In this document: piece by piece, positions 28,015-39,059 of the stretch
Layout: each line of letters begins with the position of its first letter
How positions within the stretch are numbered: the first letter of the stretch is position 1
IMG/VR virus record: IMGVR_UViG_3300032038_000033
Span: 40,461 to 104,460 of that record
Length of the DNA: 64,000 nucleotides
Strand: one strand, 5' to 3'
From: a virus
Lineage: Duplodnaviria; Caudoviricetes
Notes under the pieces: model-generated
Told to the model about the DNA's origin: nothing
Database searches by the model: none
Seen by the model: only the letters and a program-made list of their open reading frames with translations
Translations under genes and position numbers: made by a program

Positions 28015-28370
28015 TTTTATATAATTTTTGTATTATAGTGGTAATGGCTTGAATTTTATCGGAGAAAAGAATTATTTAGTTACGGACATAACTACTTACA
28101 TCAATCTTGTAAATAAAGGTCAATTAAATAAACTTCCTTTATATGTAGGCGTTTTAGTTGCTGTTCCTAAAGGTAGTAATGCGAAAGATGAATTAGAAAC
28201 ACCTACACAAATAACTGAAAATTGTGATGTAAGTGATTGGACTTTAATTTATATGAAAACAGTCAAGAAAACATACCGCCGAAAGTCAATGATAGAAATG
28301 CTTTTTTGTATGCTAAGGTCACATTGTAATGGTTTAGCATTTAGTTTACATTTAAAAGGAGAGTAAAAAA

Positions 28371-28649
28371 ATGATTAATATAGATGAAGAATTTTTTGGA
28401 ACATTAGCTATATGTGCTGTAAGATATAGTCAAGGTAGAAGAAGTTATATGCCCGATTTAGTAAGGGGGATTGTAAGACCCCATTTAAGAGAATTAAGTG
28501 ATAAAGACATTGGCGTTCTAATTAATGATTGTAATTATCAAAGAGAGTATGATATTTACGGAGATACAATTATTGATAAGCCTGGTTGGTTAGAATGGGA
28601 AAAAGAACTTTTAGCGGAAAGAGATAGAAGAAATAAAGAGAAGGAGTAA
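28371..28649 (+). CDS. hypothetical phage protein, paralog of 60621
   Basis: CAVRYSQGRRSYM versus CAIRYSLGRETYM; both with YG...IDKP.W. Confidence 0.7.
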   Translation: MINIDEEFFGTLAICAVRYSQGRRSYMPDLVRGIVRPHLRELSDKDIGVLINDCNYQREYDIYGDTIIDKPGWLEWEKELLAERDRRNKEKE

Positions 28650-28651
28650 TT

Positions 28652-29170
28652 ATGGAAACTATAACACAGTATAAAGCAGAAGACGGTAAATTATTTACAT
28701 CTAAACCAGATTGTATGATTTATAATCTTAGTCTTATAGATTGGAATTTGTTTAAAGAAGTTTATTGGGTTCATTGTGTTTATGATAAAGAAAGTCATAA
28801 ATATGTTTCTCACCTAATTAATTTCAATAAGCCCGAATACTACAAAAAGAATACAATGTTTTCTCAACTTTCAAAATCCAATTACTATTTATTTATACCC
28901 AATGAAACTGTTTTAAAAAATTTTTATGATTATAAAGATTATTTTTATCCAGTAGATAATTTTATCATAAGAAATCTAAAAGCAGGACTTAACTATTTAT
29001 GTGATGACAGTGATTATAAATCTGTTTGTAATACTGAGAGTAGAATGAAAGAATATAGGGAAGAATTAAGGGAGATTTCATTGGCGTTAGAAGACTTAGA
29101 AGAATTTAATGATTCAATAATGGCTCATATACTTTCCGAAAAACTTAAAGTAATGAATGATAGGGAGTAG
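28652..29170 (+). CDS. hypothetical protein
   Basis: YKAEDGKLF..C N-terminal motif common in phage ORFs. Confidence 0.6.
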   Translation: METITQYKAEDGKLFTSKPDCMIYNLSLIDWNLFKEVYWVHCVYDKESHKYVSHLINFNKPEYYKKNTMFSQLSKSNYYLFIPNETVLKNFYDYKDYFYPVDNFIIRNLKAGLNYLCDDSDYKSVCNTESRMKEYREELREISLALEDLEEFNDSIMAHILSEKLKVMNDRE

Positions 29171-29247
29171 AGATATATGAAATTATTAGCATTGGCTTAT
29201 AGATGATTTTGTAAAGAATTACTCTTAAATAGAAAGGACATACAAAG

Positions 29248-31326
29248 ATGAACAAAGATATAACAATAAAAAGAATGAAAGAACTTGTAGATGAACTCAA
29301 TGAATATAGAAATGAATATTATAACAATAATACCTCTATTGTAAGTGACTTAGAATATGATAGATTATTTGATGAACTGGTAGAAATGGAGAAGATATTA
29401 GATATTGCTTATCCCAATAGTCCTACACAGCAAGTAGGTTATACTGTTGTTAGTAATCTTGAAAAAGTTAAGCATGAATATTCTTTGTTAAGTCTTGATA
29501 AAACAAAATCAATTACTGACCTTGTTAATTTTGTAAATATTCACCCATTTGTTATATCTGCTAAAATGGACGGCTTAACTATTTGTCTTACTTATGAGAA
29601 TGGAAATCTTATTAAAGCTGAAACTCGTGGTGACGGAGTTGAGGGTGAACTTGTAACTCATAATATAAATACATTTAAAAATGTTCCCAAAACAATTCCT
29701 TATAAGAATCATTTAGTAGTTGTTGGTGAAGCCATTCTAACTAAAGATAAATTAGATATAGTCAATAAAGATTTACCTGATGATAAGAAATATAAACACG
29801 TTAGAAATCTTGTTAGTGGAACTGTAAGACAACTTGATAGTTCTGTTTGTGCTAATAGAGAGCCTATGTTTATTGCTTGGGATTGTAGAACTAATATTGC
29901 TAAAACTTTGGGTGAGAAGTTTGAACAACTTAATAGGTGGGGATTTACAATAGTTCCTTATATTATTACATATAGTGGTCATAGAAATAATGTTAATAGT
30001 CTTAAAGAGCAAATAGAAATTAACATAGAAGATATAAAAACTATATGTAAAGAATTTAATTATCCTATTGATGGTATGGTAATTACTTATGATAATATTG
30101 AATATGGAAATTCTTTAGGACAAACTTCACATCATTTTAAAAATGCAATAGCGTATAAATTCTATGATGAAGAAATAATTACACATATAAGAGATATTGA
30201 ATGGTCAATGGGTAGGACAGGTGTTTTAACTCCCGTAGCTATATTTGATACTGTAGATATTGATGGTACTGATGTAAGTAGAGCAAGTTTACATAATATT
30301 AGTATTCTTAGAAATCTTAAACTTGGTATTAATGATGAAATAACTGTATATAAGGCTAATCAGATAATTCCTCAGATAGGTGAGAATTTAACTAAGTCAA
30401 ATAATTATAAGATACCTAATATCTGCCCTTATTGTGGAGCAAAGACAGAACCAATAATGGATAATGATACTGTTATTCTTAAATGTACTAATGATAATTG
30501 TTTTGAAAGAAAACTTGAACAGATAGCGTATTTTGTATCTAAGCCCTGTATGAATATAACGGGTCTTTCTAAAGAAACTATAAGATTATTCTTATATAGA
30601 AAGTGGATAGAAAGTCCTATTGATATTTATAATGGCAAAATAATTACCCACTATCAGGATATCATTAAAGAAGATGGTTGGGCGGTGAAATCACTTGATA
30701 AACTATTATCTTCTATTGAAAAGAGTAAAAATGTAAAACTTGAAAATGCTATTAATGCTTTAGGTATTGATACAATAGGTATTAGTGCAAGTAAAGATAT
30801 TGCTAAGTTCTGTAATTATGATTGGCATAACCTTATAAATCCCGAGTATTATAGAAATTTTAATAGTATTAATGGTTTCGGAGAAGTTATGATGCAAAAT
30901 GTTATTCTATATATTAACGATAATTTAGATTATATTAATGAGTTGTTTAGCAAGTTTACTTTTACTGATAGTAATAGAGCTAATGAAACAAATAAGAATA
31001 GTCTTATTAGTGGTAAAACATTTGTAATTACTGGCTCACTAACTCATTTTAAAAACAGAAATGAACTTGTAACTGATATAGAGAATAACGGAGGTAAAGT
31101 GGCAAGTTCTGTATCAGCGAAAACAGACTATCTTATAAACAATGATGTAAATAGTAATTCAAGTAAGAATAAGAAAGCTAAAGAACTTGATATACCGATT
31201 ATTACAGAAGAAGATTTTATGAAAATGATAACTAAAGTTGGTGTTGATTTAGTACAGAATAGCGATTTTACTTCTGAAACTTATGTACCTCTTCATAAAG
31301 CCAAAAGAGGTAGACAATTATTTTAG
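29248..31326 (+). CDS. ligA: NAD-dependent DNA ligase
   Basis: SDLEYD, KMDG, RGDG, Zn finger CPYC, HhH, BRCT (GKTFVITG...VSAKTDYL). Confidence 0.97.
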   Translation: MNKDITIKRMKELVDELNEYRNEYYNNNTSIVSDLEYDRLFDELVEMEKILDIAYPNSPTQQVGYTVVSNLEKVKHEYSLLSLDKTKSITDLVNFVNIHPFVISAKMDGLTICLTYENGNLIKAETRGDGVEGELVTHNINTFKNVPKTIPYKNHLVVVGEAILTKDKLDIVNKDLPDDKKYKHVRNLVSGTVRQLDSSVCANREPMFIAWDCRTNIAKTLGEKFEQLNRWGFTIVPYIITYSGHRNNVNSLKEQIEINIEDIKTICKEFNYPIDGMVITYDNIEYGNSLGQTSHHFKNAIAYKFYDEEIITHIRDIEWSMGRTGVLTPVAIFDTVDIDGTDVSRASLHNISILRNLKLGINDEITVYKANQIIPQIGENLTKSNNYKIPNICPYCGAKTEPIMDNDTVILKCTNDNCFERKLEQIAYFVSKPCMNITGLSKETIRLFLYRKWIESPIDIYNGKIITHYQDIIKEDGWAVKSLDKLLSSIEKSKNVKLENAINALGIDTIGISASKDIAKFCNYDWHNLINPEYYRNFNSINGFGEVMMQNVILYINDNLDYINELFSKFTFTDSNRANETNKNSLISGKTFVITGSLTHFKNRNELVTDIENNGGKVASSVSAKTDYLINNDVNSNSSKNKKAKELDIPIITEEDFMKMITKVGVDLVQNSDFTSETYVPLHKAKRGRQLF

Positions 31327-31433
31327 TAACTTTAAATTTTAATGACTAATTATGACAAACAAAAAAAACCAGATAAACTACTAATATTGTAATTAACAAT
31401 TACAATATATAATAAGAAAGGATTTGTTTATTT

Positions 31434-31706
31434 ATGGAAGATTTTACATTATATGATTTTGTTGATTGTTTCATAGCAGATAGCACAAAATTTAAAGTTA
31501 CTTTCGACAATGACGGAGTTAATACTTTTAGAGGTACACCTAAAGATTTTTACAATAAACGCAATAAGATGAAAGACGATTATTTAGGTGATGAAGATGT
31601 AGACTGGCAGGATTTTTATGAAAGTTATGTTTATGATGTTCGTTGTGATAATGGTTGGTTATCAATTTATGTGACATATGAGCCATATAGATATAATGGA
31701 TATTAA
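31434..31706 (+). CDS. small acidic protein behind ACTAATA promoter
   Basis: A-tract plus ACTAATA at 31380; similar to the frameshifted gene at 43770. Confidence 0.6.
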   Translation: MEDFTLYDFVDCFIADSTKFKVTFDNDGVNTFRGTPKDFYNKRNKMKDDYLGDEDVDWQDFYESYVYDVRCDNGWLSIYVTYEPYRYNGY

Positions 31707-31717
31707 TAACTAATTAT

Positions 31718-31762
31718 AAAATAACTGATTTACATACATATGTAAGTCAGTTATTTTTTTTT
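31718..31762 (+). terminator. intrinsic terminator
   Basis: AAATAACTGATTTACATA/TATGTAAGTCAGTTATTT plus T-run. Confidence 0.75.
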
Positions 31763-31773
31763 ATTTTCTAAAG

Positions 31774-31827
31774 TTAATAATATGTTTACATTATTTATAA
31801 TTAATTGTAATAATTATCTGTTATACT
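31774..31827 (+). promoter_or_regulatory. direct-repeat/N31 promoter
   Basis: TTAATA-N5-TTTACA, 31 bp, TATACT. Confidence 0.8.
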
Positions 31828-32352
31828 ATATATAGTAAAACAAACAAATTAGGTGAGTAAAATTATAAAGGAGTAATGAAAAATGAACTATAATGAACTT
31901 AGAAAACTTGTAGGTGGTAGAAAGTTGCCAGTATCAGCAACCAATGAAAATGGTGAAAATGTTATTATAGAGGAAGGTTCAGATAGTGAACTTGGACATT
32001 TTTATCTTACTGAAACTGCACAGCACAATAATTGGTGCAGAATAAACTATTATTACGAAAATGGAGATACAGAAGAACTTTACGAACATTGATACATTAA
32101 TATGAAAGAATTATATAGAGGAGTGAGTAATTATGAAAAATATAAAATCACCTTGTAATGAGCTTAATATGAGAACAAAAGTTTTTGATAATCAACATTT
32201 ATCCTATGAAGAAAATTGGGAAGATAGATATGATACCGATATGGATTATGAAACAGAAGATTATGATTATGAAGGTCCGATGGGCAAAGATTAAATAACC
32301 GTAAGATATTGATTTGAAGTTTTAAATAAATATGTTGAAAGGACTTAAAGAT

Positions 32353-32556
32353 ATGAAAGAACAATGGCAGATAGAATTTGCAAGAAAAATTTGCAGGGAG
32401 CGTAAACTCAATTATAAAATAAAAGATGAGGCATTGTATCTGTTTGTGCCTCAGGCAGGTCATTATACGAGGTCGTGTTTTAGTTTACTTGATTATGATT
32501 CTAAAGAAGACATATTGGATATGATAGTAAGAGAAATTTATACTTGGCAGATTTGA
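32353..32556 (+). CDS. 67-aa hypothetical protein, identical copy of 12771
   Basis: Nucleotide-identical to 12771..12974. Confidence 0.75.
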   Translation: MKEQWQIEFARKICRERKLNYKIKDEALYLFVPQAGHYTRSCFSLLDYDSKEDILDMIVREIYTWQI

Positions 32557-32879
32557 AGAGGAGTTTTATACTATGAATAGGAGAATTAAAAAGAAGAACA
32601 ATATTGAAAGAATAAATATAATGCTTATCAAGGCTATGGACCTTATAGATGAATATATGTTAGTTTATGCCCGTCTTGTAGGTCGTAAAAATCATCATAA
32701 TGCTAACGATGATTTTTGGAATGGATATGATAAATGGAATAAATCTATTTCTGCTCGTAGAACTTGGAGATATATAATTAAAAAGGACAATCTTCCTAAA
32801 TATATAGGTTTTAAGAATAAGACAATTAAGACATAGAAAGAATTGAAGAATTAAATTAAAATTTATATAACTTGTAAAG

Positions 32880-32933
32880 TTAATAATTTATTTACACATA
32901 ACACATACTAAGTTAATTAGTATGTGTTATACT
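32880..32933 (+). promoter_or_regulatory. direct-repeat/N31 promoter
   Basis: TTAATA-N5-TTTACA, 31 bp, TATACT. Confidence 0.8.
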
Positions 32934-33712
32934 ATTATATAGTAAGATATACATATGTAAAGGAGAGTGTGTAAAGATGATAAAAAGATATTCACTTGAA
33001 TTTGATATAAAATATCCTGATTATACAATAGGTGGTTACTATAATCATTTAACTGGAGATTATGACAGATATCATTGTAGTGGTAATTGGTATGGTAATA
33101 GTCTTAAAACTATGAAAACCTATATTTATAAAATTCGTAAACAATATGCTGAATTAGAACCTTATAATTTTAGAATATATGATATAGAAGCTCCAGAAGA
33201 ACCTGATGGGCATATTGGACAAGTTTATTTTGAATCTTAAAATATAAAATATATATAGTAAAAGAAAAACCGTTAACTAATTAAAAGTCTAAAAGGAGTT
33301 GTTATTAATGAATAAAGAATATACAATAGACCTAATAAAAAATATAGTCAAGGCTTATGGAGCATTAGAAGAAGATATATTAGAATATGTTAAAGAAACA
33401 TTTTTTAAAGATACTAAAGATAGATTTTATGTTGATTCTACTTACTTTAACACTACAAATAATAAGGTAGAATTAAATTTAGTTAGTTTTAATAGTGTTG
33501 GCTACGAAACTCCTTTTACAATGTATATAAATATATCAGATTTTATTGAATATGTATCTAATAATAAAATAATAAAAGAAATTACTAAGTAAATAAAGTA
33601 AATGTGATACTACTAATAATATATTACAATATTACTTAATCTTAGATGAATTTAATGAAGATATTAGTAATTCATATTTTTAAAATATTAAAAAGAAAGG
33701 AAAATAATTATT

Positions 33713-34108
33713 ATGATTATTAGAGAAGAAAATAACATTTTAAATACAGATGAAAGACGTTTATATGAAAGACAGCTTAAATTTGGAGTTAAAAGTGTTT
33801 TAGATTATTTAAAAATAGGTTGGAAAGAATATGACCCTTACAATTTAGTTTTTAGAATTGATAACAATGGTGAACTTGTATTTTATGCTGAATATAAAAA
33901 TGGTTTTGATTTAGAGTATGTTACAGGTGACCTTTATTTAAAAAATAAGGTAACAAGTATTAATAAACGAGGTAAACAAATTACAAATTTAGGTACTTGG
34001 CTATTTAATCTTAATATAGATGGAGCTAATACATTTTTAAATAGTATTGAAGATGCTGTTGAAAAGTTAGAATTAAGAGATGTTGATTTATTAGATTATG
34101 TTAAATGA
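33713..34108 (+). CDS. putative internal head protein (MIIRE|E)
   Basis: First gene of operon behind ACTAATA at 33612. Confidence 0.55.
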   Translation: MIIREENNILNTDERRLYERQLKFGVKSVLDYLKIGWKEYDPYNLVFRIDNNGELVFYAEYKNGFDLEYVTGDLYLKNKVTSINKRGKQITNLGTWLFNLNIDGANTFLNSIEDAVEKLELRDVDLLDYVK

Positions 34109-34147
34109 TAAAAATTTAAAATAAATAAGAAAGGTGTTATAGTAACA

Positions 34148-34519
34148 ATGGATAGAACACAATTAATTGACTATATTGATTCGTATTATGACCAAGATTA
34201 TGAGGTAGTTGAAAGAATACTGGAAAATGTATATGGTTACAATATGAATACAATTGAACAAGATGCATCACATGATTATGATTATGATACAGAAGGATTT
34301 TACGCTGTGTTCAGTGACACTCAATTAAAAGAAATTGCAGAAGAACTTGACTCCTATTTTATGAACGATAACAAATTGAATATTGAGTTAAAAATAAGTG
34401 AAAGTGAGCTTAGAGTTTTAATTGATGCTATGGAAAATTATTCGGAACCTTCATTCACTAAGGACCGTATGATGTCCAAAGTTGCACAAAGATTGCTTAC
34501 AAGATTATACAAAATTTAA
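34148..34519 (+). CDS. acidic hypothetical protein
   Basis: In the ACTAATA operon; no N-terminal I-x-E motif. Confidence 0.6.
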   Translation: MDRTQLIDYIDSYYDQDYEVVERILENVYGYNMNTIEQDASHDYDYDTEGFYAVFSDTQLKEIAEELDSYFMNDNKLNIELKISESELRVLIDAMENYSEPSFTKDRMMSKVAQRLLTRLYKI

Positions 34520-34550
34520 AAAAAATAAATAAGAAAGGATTTTATGAACT

Positions 34551-35360
34551 ATGGTAACAATAAAAGAAACAAGAGTTGATGATATTAGAGCTGCAAAGCA
34601 AAAATGGGATAGTGATTTTGAACAATCAGTTGATGCTTATAATAAAATGGAATATGATTATGATATGGCCATTGAAACTGTTATGGAACAAATTGAAATG
34701 AAAATAAGAGCTGAATTAGGTGTTACTAATGACGAACTACTTGAAATTACAGCAGATGCCTATGGTGGTAAGTTTGGGGGTAAATATAGAACTGGCATTA
34801 AATATAAATATGGTGCTCCTTTTGATAAGAAAAGTGCTTTAAATTGGCATATTGATATTTATCTTAATGATGATGGTGAAGTTCAGAAAGAAACTGGTAG
34901 CTGGTCTGGACTTGAAGTTCAAACACCTGAATTACTTGCAGACCTTAAATATTCTGTAAATCTTATTGAAAAGATTATGAATCTTGATTATCAAAAAATT
35001 ATAATAGATGCTGAAAATGCCCGTCCTAATAGAGATGATTATATAACAAGTAAACGTCCTAATAGAAGTGATAGACCTGATTTTGATAAACAGATTAAAG
35101 AAGCTACTATTGAAGACATTATAGGTACTAATACAATTATTAAAGGTGAACCTGTGCCAGCTTCAGGCTATAGAAAAGGTTCTATTGGTTGGTATAAAAT
35201 TGTAAGTCAAACTCCTAAACGTTATACAGTAGCTTATGCCCCTAATTATTTAATAAATGATAAAGATGGACTTGAACGTGCTTTAAATTATACTTTTACA
35301 GTAAATAAAGATAAATTGTATGATGCTATTAATGATAATCTAGAAACTATGGAAATTTAA
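34551..35360 (+). CDS. putative internal head protein (MVTIKE|T)
   Basis: N-terminal I-x-E motif. Confidence 0.55.
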   Translation: MVTIKETRVDDIRAAKQKWDSDFEQSVDAYNKMEYDYDMAIETVMEQIEMKIRAELGVTNDELLEITADAYGGKFGGKYRTGIKYKYGAPFDKKSALNWHIDIYLNDDGEVQKETGSWSGLEVQTPELLADLKYSVNLIEKIMNLDYQKIIIDAENARPNRDDYITSKRPNRSDRPDFDKQIKEATIEDIIGTNTIIKGEPVPASGYRKGSIGWYKIVSQTPKRYTVAYAPNYLINDKDGLERALNYTFTVNKDKLYDAINDNLETMEI

Positions 35361-35380
35361 TTGGAATGTGGTAACATACT

Positions 35381-35887
35381 ATGAAATTAAGAATAAATGA
35401 AAACGAAGTAACTAACACTTATTATGGTGTATTTGAAACTGGTGGTTCTATTGGTAGTCATAAAGAAGATGATTTTTATGGAAGAACTGGTAGTAAAACT
35501 GGTAAGTTAGTGAAAGTATTTAATAATGATACAGATGCTAAAGAATATGCCAAACGTATGAGAAAAAGTTTAAGTCCTGGAGAAAGAAAATATTATGGTT
35601 ATGGGTATTTTACCAAACCTTTAACTCCTCAGGATATACAGAATAGTACAGTACAGACAATGATTAATAATATAAATGAATCTTTGAACAAAGATAATAG
35701 CTGGTCAGCTATGGATACCGCTCGGTATTATTTAGATAGAAATTATTCGGATGAAGAAGTTTTTAAAGAATTAGATGAAGAAGGTTATGATGACAAATAT
35801 ATTCAAAATGTAATTGATTGGATGAATGAATTATTCGAAGAACAACCGGAAGAAGAATTTGGTAGTCCTTATGGACACATTTGGTAA
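35381..35887 (+). CDS. putative internal head protein (MKLRINE|N, internal INE|S)
   Basis: N-terminal and internal I-x-E motifs. Confidence 0.55.
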   Translation: MKLRINENEVTNTYYGVFETGGSIGSHKEDDFYGRTGSKTGKLVKVFNNDTDAKEYAKRMRKSLSPGERKYYGYGYFTKPLTPQDIQNSTVQTMINNINESLNKDNSWSAMDTARYYLDRNYSDEEVFKELDEEGYDDKYIQNVIDWMNELFEEQPEEEFGSPYGHIW

Positions 35888-35904
35888 TAAGGAGATGAGA
35901 TTTG

Positions 35905-36267
35905 ATGGTTAGACTTATTAAAGAAGACTCTTTTAATAGTAAACTTACTGATAGTTTTGTAGTTGAACACGGTCCAAGAATTAGATATATGTGTCATATA
36001 GGTAATGAAAATAGTCCTAATTTTGTTGCTTCACTATCAAAAATATCTCCTTATGACGATGCTGATTATGTTTGGGCAAGAATCTATGAAAACAAAAAAG
36101 TTGATTTTATTAAAAATGGAAAAGTCATAGACAAAATGCAATTATCTTATTATGACGAAGAAGACTATGAGTCTTTAGATTCCTATATAGATGATTGTTT
36201 AGATATTGTTGTTCTTGAACTGGCTGATTTAAATAAGAAAATTAAACCTGTTATGGTTTATAATTAG
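35905..36267 (+). CDS. putative internal head protein (MVRLIKE|D)
   Basis: N-terminal I-x-E motif. Confidence 0.55.
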   Translation: MVRLIKEDSFNSKLTDSFVVEHGPRIRYMCHIGNENSPNFVASLSKISPYDDADYVWARIYENKKVDFIKNGKVIDKMQLSYYDEEDYESLDSYIDDCLDIVVLELADLNKKIKPVMVYN

Positions 36268-36309
36268 TATGCTGTATTATGAAATTAAAAAGAAAGGAAT
36301 TGATTTATT

Positions 36310-36885
36310 ATGGCAATTAACCAATATAAAAATAATAAAAGAAAAATAATTAGAGAAAGAACTGAAAAAGGTTCTGTTAATAAAATGTTAAATACATTTA
36401 ATAATAAAATAGATGATTTAGAATTTGAAGATTTTGATGAATCTTTTGATATTAATGAAGCTCGTGATGCTCATACTTGGGGTATAACTTATAGAGATAA
36501 GTCTAATAGAACTAAACAGCATATGGTAGGTGCCTCTGATGCTTATGATGCTAAAATGAAAGCAAGAAGAGAACTTGGCATTAATTTCTCAGATATAGAT
36601 GATATTAAATTAATTGAAAATGATGAAATAAATGAAAATTTAATTATTGAAGATATCACAAGTTCACAAGCCAGTAAAGTGTATTCCGAATTAAAACGTA
36701 TTTTTGATGACTTTTCTGACAATATGATTGAAACTGTAGAAGCCGACTATGACAGTTATAAAGAAATGAGTGACGAAGACATATCTTTTGAAGAATGGTT
36801 CAGAGAAACTAAAATAAATTATCCTGATTATTTTAAGTATATTTTTGCTATTATGTTTGAAGACTATTTAGACGCGGGCTATTAA
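36310..36885 (+). CDS. putative internal head polyprotein (IIRE, DINE, LIE, INE, IIE sites)
   Basis: Multiple I/L-x-E sites separating short domains; frame stays open 35 codons past the TAA. Confidence 0.55.
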   Translation: MAINQYKNNKRKIIRERTEKGSVNKMLNTFNNKIDDLEFEDFDESFDINEARDAHTWGITYRDKSNRTKQHMVGASDAYDAKMKARRELGINFSDIDDIKLIENDEINENLIIEDITSSQASKVYSELKRIFDDFSDNMIETVEADYDSYKEMSDEDISFEEWFRETKINYPDYFKYIFAIMFEDYLDAGY

Positions 36886-37091
36886 TATAAAGATGAAGCT
36901 GACCTTGCTAAAGTTATGGACAGATATGTTTTAAATATACCTATATATTACTTTGGTATAGCTGATTATTATGTAGATGAACATAATGTTTAGTTGTTTA
37001 TTGTTTAATTGATTGACTTATAAAAAAAACAAATAAATATATATATAAGAGTAGATAATATCTACTCTTTATTTTTTTATTTCCTGTAAAG

Positions 37092-37145
37092 TTAATAATT
37101 TATTTACATATTTATAACGACAGTGTAACAAATATCTGTTATACT
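37092..37145 (+). promoter_or_regulatory. direct-repeat/N31 promoter
   Basis: TTAATA-N5-TTTACA, 31 bp, TATACT. Confidence 0.8.
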
Positions 37146-37208
37146 ATATTATAGTAAAACAAAGTAAAGAATAAATGCAACATTGTTAAATTGTAGGAGG
37201 TACAAATT

Positions 37209-38359
37209 ATGAATAATAAAAGATATATCACTAAGGAAGAAATCAAGAAAATCAATGACCTTAACAATAGTGTTAGAGGAACTTCTGAATACACTAAATA
37301 TCATATGATGCAGGAATTTAAGTATAAAAAAGATGGTAAATGGACTCACTGGATTTATGCAGGTTATATAGACCGTATCTATAGAAAAAATCTTTTTGTT
37401 AAGACTGTAAAGAATAAGGTTTATCTTGTTACTGAAACCTTTACTGAGCTCGGTGGTGATACAGTAGATAGATATGAAGTTACAGATACTATTAAGGAAG
37501 TTCTTGGACTTTAAAAAAGGAGTAATTGAAAATGAGTACATACTATGAAAGAAAAACCACTACTGAATATCAAGTAGGTGATATTGCTTATGCAGATTTG
37601 TATGACACAGTAACTCTTATGGATAAGATAGTAGGTGAAACTGGCACAATTTATTGGATAGTTAAGAGTGACCTTACAAGTGAATTACATCTTATAGAAG
37701 AAACTAATTTACTTGAAGTAGGTTATTACGGTGATTAAGGGAGGGGTTAAATATATGTTAGAGTATAAAGGTGAATTCATTGAAAGTTTAAGTGACGAAG
37801 AACTTGATAAAGGGTTAGTAAAAGTATTTATTCCTGACCCTGATGGCGTTGTATCAGGTGAAAGTATTTGGGGATATTTAGATAGAACTAAATATACAGA
37901 TAAAGATAAATCTGTAAGAGTTATTCTTCTAAACAATTCATTTTGTTACATACGTCTATTGAATTGGGGAACTGAAATTGTTTGTAAAAACAATGATGAA
38001 AGATTTAAGTTAGATGTTGATTGGCTTAATGAGGAGAGAAAGAAATGGTAGAAACAAGTAAAACGTCAATAGAATTTCCTACAGATGAAGAAGCAATAGA
38101 ATATTGTAAAGAAAATGGAATACCTTACAGTAATATTCATTACATTGTAGATAGGGTATTTGTAGAAACGGAAGAAACTAATGTAACTGAAAAATGTAAA
38201 AATAAGAAATTTGAAGTACAATTTTTAACCTCGATAAATACAGTCGGAGTTATTTATATTTTCGCCGAAAATGAAGATAAAGCTATTCAAATAGCAAAAG
38301 ACAAATGGCAAGGAGAAATTAAAGTAATTTTAGCAATTATGGAGTGTGAAAAAGATTAA
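37209..38359 (+). other. operon of four small hypothetical ORFs (37209, 37526, 37731, 38045)
   Basis: Abutting ORFs, each with an RBS. Confidence 0.6.
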
Positions 38360-38409
38360 TAATTTATTTACATTATTATAAAACGGAGTTAATATTTATA
38401 GTTTATACT
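38356..38409 (+). promoter_or_regulatory. direct-repeat/N31 promoter
   Basis: TTAATA-N5-TTTACA, 31 bp, TATACT. Confidence 0.75.
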
Positions 38410-38462
38410 ATAAGTATAGTAAGAAAACAACTTAGAACAATAACTAAGGAGGAAATTAAAAA

Positions 38463-38936
38463 ATGAGTGGAGTAAATTGGAGCTATTTTAATAAGTTTAA
38501 TGAAATTGATGAAATGTATTTGCCTGTTAAAGGTGAAGGTGAGAATATGGCTACACAGATTGTAACTGCTGTATCTAAATTAGTTTATAAGTGGTATAAT
38601 GATGGAGATACACCTGATAATACACACTATCTTAGTGGTTGGTGGAACGACCTGTCAAGTTATGCGAACTGGCTTTATGAATATGTTCCTGAAACAAGAG
38701 AAATACTTGATAATTTCTTTAATTGCACCACTAAGGATAGCTATGAAGAAAATGTTTTAAAGCCTTTGTGTGATTTGACTCAGACATTTGAGTTTCTTGC
38801 AAATTATGAAAATAGAAATCTTGCAGGCTCTATCTATGAAGATTGTGATGGACCTTTTATATGGGAAGAAGAAACAGAAGAAGATGAAGATGAATGGTAC
38901 GATGAATATGAAAATGATGATTATGAAGATGATTAG
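38463..38936 (+). CDS. acidic hypothetical protein
   Basis: AAGGAGG RBS; YLPVKGEGE..YKWYNDGD; very acidic tail. Confidence 0.65.
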   Translation: MSGVNWSYFNKFNEIDEMYLPVKGEGENMATQIVTAVSKLVYKWYNDGDTPDNTHYLSGWWNDLSSYANWLYEYVPETREILDNFFNCTTKDSYEENVLKPLCDLTQTFEFLANYENRNLAGSIYEDCDGPFIWEEETEEDEDEWYDEYENDDYEDD

Positions 38937-39005
38937 GAGTATGTGAGAACATTATAATAAAGGGCAGATAATATCCGCCCTTTATTTTTTTTATTCTCTA
39001 TAAAG

Positions 39006-39059
39006 TTAATTTTTAATTTACATTAGTATAAAACTTTTGTAATAAATATTTGTTATACT
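39006..39059 (+). promoter_or_regulatory. direct-repeat/N31 promoter
   Basis: TTAATT-N5-TTTACA, 31 bp, TATACT, after terminator 38955-38992. Confidence 0.75.

Larger units (their letters stand above)
26332..28036 (+). mobile_element. non-autonomous TnpB/Cas12f-like element
   Basis: Boundaries from the split gene; ATA microhomology; own canonical TTTACA-N17-TATAAT promoter at 26427-26455. Confidence 0.8.
26104..28366 (+). pseudogene. PD-(D/E)XK nuclease-like gene split by TnpB element
   Basis: 26104-26331 (RVDYIQF..CYEIKSCIEDFN) joins in frame to 28037-28366 (SGNGLNFIGEKNYLV), giving a 185-aa protein. Confidence 0.8.

Noticed and set aside
17665-28036. IStron (group I intron) nature of the IscB-1 and TnpB insertions
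   Set aside because: No group I core recognised, and the in-frame junctions do not end in a terminal G.
19494-31326. Introns or inteins in nrdD, thyX or ligA
   Set aside because: The ORFs are continuous, of normal length, and lack intein motifs.
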